Shown: piece after piece, positions 56,171 through 64,000 of the stretch
Layout: every line of letters starts with the position of its first letter
Position numbering within the stretch: the stretch's first letter is position 1
DNA from: Utricularia gibba
Lineage: Eukaryota; Plantae; Magnoliophyta
Reading direction: 5' to 3'
Length of the DNA: 64,000 bases
Assembly: GCA_002189035.1 (NCBI GenBank)
Contig: NEEC01000002.1
Span: forward strand, 744,001 to 808,000
Position numbers and translations under genes: made by a program
Notes under the pieces: model-generated
Told to the model about the DNA's origin: nothing
The model's database searches: none
What the model saw: only the letters and a program-made list of their open reading frames with translations

Positions 56171-57572
56171 ATGGAGTGCGAAGACGACGAAGAATTGATG
56201 AGGCGTGAATGTACTCAGGATGAAGAAAGGTATGATTTTGTGGGAAAGAAAAAGAGGGGGTTTCTTGCCCACAATGACGCTCTGCAAGTTTCCCTTTTCT
56301 TGCATCTCCATCAACATAGAAACTCATATTTGAAGGAAGACTCCGACCGCAGCAAGCAAGCGAAAAGAAGAACTTCATAGGCATCCAACAGGTGGAGCTG
56401 GAGGAGAAGGCATTTTTCTGGACAATGAGTTCGCCGCATTGGGACCTGAGCGATGCGGAGTACCGAGCTGCAGTTGCCGCAGCAGCTTACGCGATCCAAT
56501 CTATGGAGGAATCAAGCGGCGCGATTGGAGATGAATCCTTGAGGGAATCTGAGGGTAGAGCTGAAGACGAAGGTGCTGATCTTGGCTTCAAAGCCTTGGA
56601 TGATGCACCGAAATCAAAGAGAAAAGGGGTGACTGAAAAGGCTTCTTCTTCCTCCTCCAGGAAAGTGTCTCCGGATTCCCAAGGTGAAGCCTGATCGTTA
56701 TTTTCAGAAACACGCACATACACACAGTGGCTAGGCTTCAGATGCATGCAGCAATCTCACTTCCTTGTGTGTAGCAGCATTTGTTTATTCACTTTGATTT
56801 GTCACTGCAGATGATGCACCCAAATCAAGTTTAAAGGAGGGTTCAGCAGTTGTCGGATTGCGAGAAAAGGCTCCATCATTTAGAAAGAGTGTTAGTTTTG
56901 CTGATCTGAGTAAAAACCCTGAAACGCCAGCAGGGAAGGAGGAGAAGGAGAAGGAGAAGGAGAGGAAACGAGGTGTATCTTTGAAAAAGCCGCCATCTTT
57001 TGAGAACATCAAAGTGAAAATCCCTGAGGCGGCAGCCACAACCAGAAAGGCTGCTGATGATCCTCCATCTGCGGAGTTGCTGAAACCTGAAAGACAAGAG
57101 AAGGTGAAACGAGCACCCGAGGACTCCAAAGCAGAGGCTTGGGAAAGAGAAGAGATGGCCAGCATCAAGGAAAGGTAAGTAGCAACTAGCACCTGCGGGT
57201 TGGAAAAAAACTGAATCACACTCTCGAAATTCAGGTATCAGAAGCTGACGAGCACAATAGATGAATGGGAGAACAAGAAGAAGAAGATTGGAAACAGGAA
57301 GCTGGAAAAACTCGAGGTAAAACATTCACGCATCCTACTCAAAGTCAGGACACAACTAACTGCTCATCTATTTAAAGGGTGAATGGGACCAGAAAAGAGT
57401 AAGGGAGCTGCAAGGTTACCGGACTGAACTGAGGAGAATTGAAGAGATTGCACGAGGAGCCAGAGCACGAGCTGAAGATAACCGAAGAAAGGAGGAGCTC
57501 AAAGTCAAACAGAAAGCAAATAAAATCAGATTGACTGGAAAAATTCCTCCCACTTGCTTCTTCTGCTTTTAA
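56171..57572 (+). CDS. Remorin family protein; 5' model tentative, apparent 1-bp deletion at 56424-56425
   Basis: EYRAAVAAAAYAI; Remorin_C region KAEAWEREEMASIKERYQKLTSTIDEWENKKK...ARARAEDNRRKEELKVKQKANKIRLTGKIPPTCFFCF*. Confidence 0.88.
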
Positions 57573-59492
57573 GAAAACCAGGTTGTCGATGATCACGATC
57601 ATTGAAAATAAACAAGCACCCCAATTGCGATAACGGCAAATACACATACAAAGTACAGGGGAGCCACGTTCATTACACATATATCTTTATCTTTATTACA
57701 AACGAACACTACTCTTATTCCTGGCATGAAAAAACAGACCACCATCCTTGTCCACAGGACAACACATAACAGAACCGACCAACAAATTGGCTAATCATAG
57801 TAATCACTCCTGGTTTCCTTGCTATAACCACCATACCCAGCGGTTGCCTCAGAGTGGTGTGCTCTCATGGCCAGGCCTCGAAAAATGTCCTTCGCTTTCG
57901 GTGTCTTGTAGCTATCATGGATGCGATATGGCAATCTGGAGTGTTTTTCTTCTGGAAGCCATCATCTAGAGTTACCGGAAAACCGCGGTTCCGTGCGGAA
58001 GCGGTCGTTCAAAACCAATAAACCCTAGATTTCGTTTTTTAAAAATTCAGCACATGTTTAACAGGTGTTATATGAACTTTGAAAAACATTAATGCGTTTT
58101 TAAAATATCATTAACTATACACGTGGGTGTCTTATCTATTTTCAAAATCTTTTTTAGATATTATTAATAATAGTTATGAAAGTCTAGAAAATTTTCAAAA
58201 AAATTATGCATTTAAAAATTATTATAATGGTTTATGTGAATGTTTGAAAATTGATTTCTAAAAAATTGTACTATTTTAATTCAGTTCAAGGTTTAAAATT
58301 ATGGGCTGCGGCGGTATGGGCTGGACTTGACTGATTAAAGCGGCCCAAGGAAGGGAAGTTGAAAGGGACAAGTGATATTTGTTTATTGTGATTTTTTAAT
58401 TAAATAATTACATAAGTCGTTTATTGTACCATGCAATAACTTGGTGTTTGGGGGAGGATTCCTTTTGTTGTTATTGCCATAAGGATTGATGGAGACCACA
58501 CATTGGCTTGTTGTCCAAATGAATCCTAATCAGGATCTGCTGACCTGAGATGGTAAAATTCAAGATCAGAAGTAAACGCACATGTCACTCACATCTCGAA
58601 TCTATGAGGCGTTCATCATTTGCTACAGTCAGTTACTGGTTACTGCATCCTTCCTGGTATTCAAGGTGGGATCTTGATCTGGTTTTCATGGTAGAATTCT
58701 ATTAAAGCATGGGAAGATGAAGCAATTAGCAAGAACTAAGGATATGGACAGTGGACCATGCTTTGAAAGGAGTCTGCATTTATTGATTTTTTCCCTTTTT
58801 TTGTTGTTCAATTTGACCTGCAGTTCGCTGTTCGCCCCACGAAAAAAACAAAAATGAATTCAACTGAAAATCACAAGGAGAGAGGGGGGTAGTTATGGAG
58901 TCATAAATGGTGCAGTTAGAGCAAAAATGATGTACAACTGGGCTGGGTGCCGGGGAGTTCTGGGTTGTGGCGAGTGATGGAATAGGCGATGCATGGAACA
59001 GAGAAATGAAATAAAAGCGAGATAAAAAGTTGGGGTTTTGCAGAAGGACCGAGGGTAATTATAAGCACTCAGCAAGGAACTTGGAGTCCGTCCATTAGGT
59101 CTCTTTCTGCTCCCTTTCTTCTCTCATGGCGGCGTAGATCTCAGTTGGGTTTCAGCTGAGAGCCCCCATTTTGCAGTATACATGTTTCAATGCCAAAGGC
59201 ATCAGCCATCAATGCGCATGGTTGTTGCGATTGAGCGTGCAGGGAAAAGAAAAGAGCTCTTAGCCCATCGATGATTGCCCACTACGCTTCACTTTCTTCA
59301 ACTTTTCCTGGTTCCAATTTTTGAGACTAACAGCGAGGTTTGTGGGAATCATTTGCTTCATCCGCTGAGCATTGATTGAAAATCTGCAGTGATGAAGGAG
59401 AAACTAGCATTTTAAGTGGTGTTTGAGAGCCAAAGGACCTTGTTCTTTTCTGGGTTTTCAAAAGAACATATTTTAACTTGAAATTGCGCACA

Positions 59493-62321
59493 ATGAGAAA
59501 GCACGGTTGGCAGCTTCCTTACCATCCGCTGCAGGTATTTTCTCCTCTATTTCTCTTCTTTATATTCGGAGTCTCTTAGCATAAATCTATATGCCTGCAG
59601 GTGGTGGCGGTGGCTGTATTTCTTGCACTGGGATTTGCTTTTTATGTGTTCTTTGCTCCTTTTCTGGGAAAGCAGTTGTTCCAGTACATTGCAATGGGGA
59701 TTTACACGCCTCTTGTGAGCAAATTTGCACCCTTATCTTCGATTTTGATGTGGTTTAACTTCCAGTTTCCTTTTCAGTAAGCTTTTGCATACATCAGGTT
59801 GTGCTTTCAATGCGTTTTTGCTTTATGATTCACGCATATTAATAGTTTCCCTCAATTACTATTCTAACCTTTCCTCATTTTCCTTGTTTGGGTTCCGGGA
59901 TTTGTTCATAAAATCATTCATATCTTTTTGGAAGTATTTAGAGATATCAGTTCTACATATGGATTCCTCAGATCCTCTCCCATTCTATAAGATCGAAATT
60001 GCTATATTTAGAAAAAAAAAAGTATCATGCTATGTACCTTAAATGACAGCATCTGTTGTATGTAATACTAATCACTCCTGAAAGTTGATTCTTCATAATG
60101 CTCTCGCTTATCTTAACTGGTTGGTGATGAGAGTTTTGTGTCCCTGATCTGTTACTGGTATCCTCTGATTTCTCCAGTTGCTATCTTCCTTCGGCTTGTA
60201 CATTTGGTGCGCGGCAGCTGATCCTGCAGACCCTGGAGTCTTCAAGTCCAAAAAATATCTTCGAATTCATGAAAACAAACAGCGTAGCTTTCCCAGAGGC
60301 TCTAACCATGAGCTGTGTTCATCCATTCAAGACAGCAGAATAGAGGCGAATGAGGGGGAGCCAGTGTTGAAAGAAAAAGTGATAATGAGTCGGCTGTTGA
60401 ATGCAACTCCAAGCCTCAGAATCAAAGATGCTGCATTACAGTGCTTCTGGCTATGTTGCCGTGTGCATACTTTTGCAGTGCTGGGGAAGAGAATGCTGAT
60501 AAACATAGTGAAGATGGGATGTTCTTCTGTAGTCTGTGTGAAGTAGAGGTTTGTGTAACATCTCGTTGCATTTATCTCCACTTCATCTGTGATCACACTA
60601 TGAGTTAAAATTCCTGTGTAGGTTTTCAAATACAGCAAGCATTGCCGAGTTTGTGATAAATGTGTCGACTGCTTCGACCATCATTGCCGGGTAAGAAAAT
60701 ACCTGGATTCCAGTTACATTTCACCAGATTTCAAGATAGCTTTCATACCATCTTGCTCTTATTTGCAGTGGTTAAACAACTGTATAGGCAAAAAGAACTA
60801 TAGAAAATTCTTCCCTCTGATGGTTTCTGCTCTTCTCCTGGTATAGCATCCACCCACTCCTTTACATTCTGACTTTTATCATACTCTTGAATCCTTTAAT
60901 TTGGCAATGCAGCTTATTCTTCAATGGACAACGGGGATCATTGTCGTCGTCCTATGTTTTCTTGAGAAGAAGAGATTCGCTTCTGAGATCAGCTCCAAGC
61001 TCGGGAGCAGTTTTACAGTTGTTCCATTCGTAATCGTTGTCGTGAGTGCTGCTTCCCCATAAGTTCTTCCTCCACAGTATCATCTGTTTTCAAAAGACAG
61101 ATTGTTGAACTTGCAGGGAGTTTGCACAATACTGGCCATGGTGGCCACCTTGCCTCTTGCTCAGCTCTTCTTCTTCCACGTTCTTCTCATAAAAAAGGTC
61201 TGATTTTCTTACCACCTACTCTCTGCTATTCATGATCTGATTGCTTCAAAACATTGGGAATGATAGGGGCTGAGCACATACGACTACATTGTAGCTCTGA
61301 GAGAGCAAGAGCAGCAGGCAGTCATGGGTGGGGGTCAGAGTCCTCAAATGTCCCTAGTCAGCTCTGTTACTGGACTAAGCAGCACGAGCTCGTTCAATGC
61401 ATTCAATCGAGGTGCATGGTGCACACCGCCACGGCTGTTTGTTGAAGATCAGGTATCCACACTCTTGTAGAAATATTTGCTTGGAGGGGAAAGAATGCAT
61501 TCCTTTCCTCATCATGCCACTTCTGTTTGCAGTTCGATGTCGTGCCTCCAGACAATATCTCTGTCAGTTCTCTTGGAAAGAAGATACCTGCGGAGGAACA
61601 GTTAAAGAAGAAGACCCCAGCGGCTGTGAAGATCAGCCCTTGGACACTGGCCCGCTTAAACGCAGATGATGTGACCAAGGCAGCTGCGGAAGCTAGGAAG
61701 AACTCAAAGATTCTACGCCCTGTTGGGAGAAATGAATCAGGTTATCCTGTTGAGACAGAGAGCAGTGTTGGCAGCAGTGGTCGTAGGACGGCACTGAAAC
61801 TGGATAGCCACCGGAAACGAGGCAGCCGGAGGATTCACCTACCTGCGGAGGTGCCCTTTGAACAGAGGCAGAGGTATCCTACTTCAGATCACAAAATCAT
61901 CTCAGATGATCATCACACTATGAGCAGGGGAACATCTTCAAGCTTTGCTCCCCTGCAGCTGGAAGCAAGAAATGCTTTCCATCCGAACCGAGCAGTGTCG
62001 TTTCCATCTGAAAACATCACTTCCTCACCGGAAAGTAGCTTGGATTCTCCTGGTCTTGATCCATTCCAGGCTTCTTCATCTGGCCGTGAAGATTCTCGAA
62101 CACTTGCGGCCGCAGCTGGCGTGCTACCCAGTCGGGAAGACATCCTATTGTCAAGATCAACTAGTGATGGGTATGATGCATCGGGTGGAGAAGACAGTGA
62201 TCGAGGTCCAGCAAGGTTCCTGAACAGGCAAACCAACTGGTCAAACATACTCTTTGGATCTGAAACCGAAATCAGCATCTCAAACTTCGGGCAGACGACA
62301 TCATCCTCCTCGAAGGTGTGA
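59493..62321 (+). CDS. PAT22: DHHC protein S-acyltransferase, PAT22-like; apparent 1-bp deletion at about 60354-60358
   Basis: [101 protein letters not shown] and [12 protein letters not shown]. Confidence 0.95.
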
Positions 62322-62764
62322 AAACAAGAGCCTTTTGTCACCTGCAATACAGATTCAGGTTGTTTTCCCTGGTAAGAAACACAGATTAGGACCCTGCTAT
62401 GTTTGCAGGTATTGTTACCAAGTTCCTGATTTCCAGATTCTTGACCTTCATCCTATAAATGTCGTCCCATTTCTTTCACTGTGCAATGAAGTTACTTGCG
62501 CACAAGAAAATTTACATTTTACAACAGCAACTCCAATGTCCACAATTCAGTAACAAAAACAAACTCAAGAATTTGGAAGAAAATGCTACAGGTATGTGAA
62601 AAGCATAACGTGCAGTAAGCTTGGCAACATTACCAACTTGCAGGCTTTCCATTATCTTGAAGTCATTGTCTGTGTCCCTTGCATTAATTAAAAGCAACTT
62701 GATGCGGGGCTTCTTCCAAAAATTCATGTAGAAACGAGCTCCTGCAATGCCGACGAGCCCAATG

Positions 62765-63853
62765 TCAACGAGCATCGCTTGGTTCGGCTGCAACATTCAG
62801 GGCTTCTAGATCTGGTTGACTTTCATTGTGTGTGAATTCCAAGCTGTATGCTTTACAACTGAAGTAGAAGATCGTGTTCATCATTGAATCTATCAACAAA
62901 ACAAAGGAGAACATAAACACCAAGAGGGGTCCTTCCCAAATCCTAGAAGAGCCGTCTCCATAACTGAGTGTTTTCACCCTGTGATCAAAGAGACCCTCAA
63001 CGAAAGCCATTCCCAAAGTAGATCCAAGAAATATCGATAGTCCAACATGGAATTGTCTTCTAACCAGAGAACTTGATCTTTGCAAGGCATGCAGCATCAT
63101 GACCTCCTCAAGAATCGATACCACCACAGCGATGTTGCATATGATCATGGCAATTGCCAAGCATATTGCAAGTACCAGTCCAACAAGGAATACGGGATAC
63201 AGAAGAAGATCAGGTGGGCACCCCATGAACAAGAAGAGGCTGCTGGCCATGCCCAAGATGACAATGAACAAAACGAAGCAACCACAAATAACTCCACAGG
63301 CAAGGAGATATGTGAGCAGTACACGCTTCCAAATCTTTGAAATGAATACATAAAACACCGATTGATCACAGGGCTTTCTGGAATAGGCACAGTCCACTGA
63401 ATACACAACAGCAGCTTTAGACAGAAGCAAAAGTGTCATGAATAGAGGGAAACACATTGCAATTGAAACGGTAATTTCTGAAAAATTTTGGCAAAGTCGA
63501 TGGACAAGGGGTTTAAGAGCGAGTCCGCTGGACTTGGCAAGAAGCAATAACCGTATACTCAACCACTTAACCAAGGATTCATTGACCAAAACACTTGACA
63601 AGAAAACAGCAGAAACAGGACAAATCAACACAGCAACAATAGAGAGTAATGCTGAAGAATTTTGTCGAAGAATTCTCACGCTTTCTCTCAATATCTCCAA
63701 ACAACTCGTAGGCTGACTGTGAGTCAAACTCTCCAATTCAAAATTCTCAACACTAAAACTTTCGTTTTCCTCATCTTTCTCCCAGTTCGATGAACCTGCA
63801 TTGGATCTTGTGTTCAATCCACTAGCTGCCTCCATTTCACCACCTCCTTTCAA
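62765..63853 (-). CDS. Conserved plant multi-pass membrane protein of unknown function, intronless
   Basis: 362-aa ORF with LEILRESVRILRQNS, PLFMTLLLLSKAAVVYSVDC, and FDHRVKTLSYGDGSSRIWEGPLLVFMFSFVLLIDSMM, plus several hydrophobic segments. Confidence 0.88.
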   Translation of the reverse strand: MKGGGEMEAASGLNTRSNAGSSNWEKDEENESFSVENFELESLTHSQPTSCLEILRESVRILRQNSSALLSIVAVLICPVSAVFLSSVLVNESLVKWLSIRLLLLAKSSGLALKPLVHRLCQNFSEITVSIAMCFPLFMTLLLLSKAAVVYSVDCAYSRKPCDQSVFYVFISKIWKRVLLTYLLACGVICGCFVLFIVILGMASSLFLFMGCPPDLLLYPVFLVGLVLAICLAIAMIICNIAVVVSILEEVMMLHALQRSSSLVRRQFHVGLSIFLGSTLGMAFVEGLFDHRVKTLSYGDGSSRIWEGPLLVFMFSFVLLIDSMMNTIFYFSCKAYSLEFTHNESQPDLEALNVAAEPSDAR

Positions 63854-64000
63854 CTCAGCCAGACGAATAAAGATTAAAGAACCATGATAAATGCAGGACT
63901 ACTCAAGCCAATGCTTGCTACAAAGATCCAGATCAACGAACCCTCGCCGATAACACATTCCCAAGAAAAGAAAGTATCCTATAGCCTCCACAATCCGAGA

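Overview
Gene-dense eudicot nuclear DNA: 21 protein-coding genes, 2 tRNA genes, mostly short introns (about 70-110 nt) and no recognisable transposon in 64 kb. This suggests a miniaturised genome; a Lentibulariaceae-like origin is a guess, not shown. Gene order: ALDH2 (partial), ICMT, spermidine synthase, RSS3-like, WVD2/WDL7-like, plastid HSP90-5, BIM2, oligopeptidase B, tRNA-Val(UAC), BIG GRAIN1-like E, COQ4, SPIRAL1-like, DEAH10/RID1 helicase, tRNA-Thr(CGU), NTF2+RRM protein, Cys-rich-tail protein, MRS2, purple acid phosphatase, QUL/PMT5 methyltransferase, ZAT C2H2 protein, remorin, PAT22, and a multi-TM protein. Main non-routine observations: (1) a decayed erlin/SPFH pseudogene with internal deletions; (2) a possible relic of a USP/MRH6-type gene; (3) a 30-bp coding minisatellite in a 30%-cysteine tail; (4) an intron in a BG1-like gene; (5) a tRNA-Thr lacking G18; (6) several unexplained GC-richer islands with splice or promoter signatures. 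Seven genes carry a frameshift consistent with a 1-bp deletion, most likely an assembly artefact. I found no clear evidence of a wholly novel multi-gene system. All family calls are from recognition of sequence motifs, with no database search.
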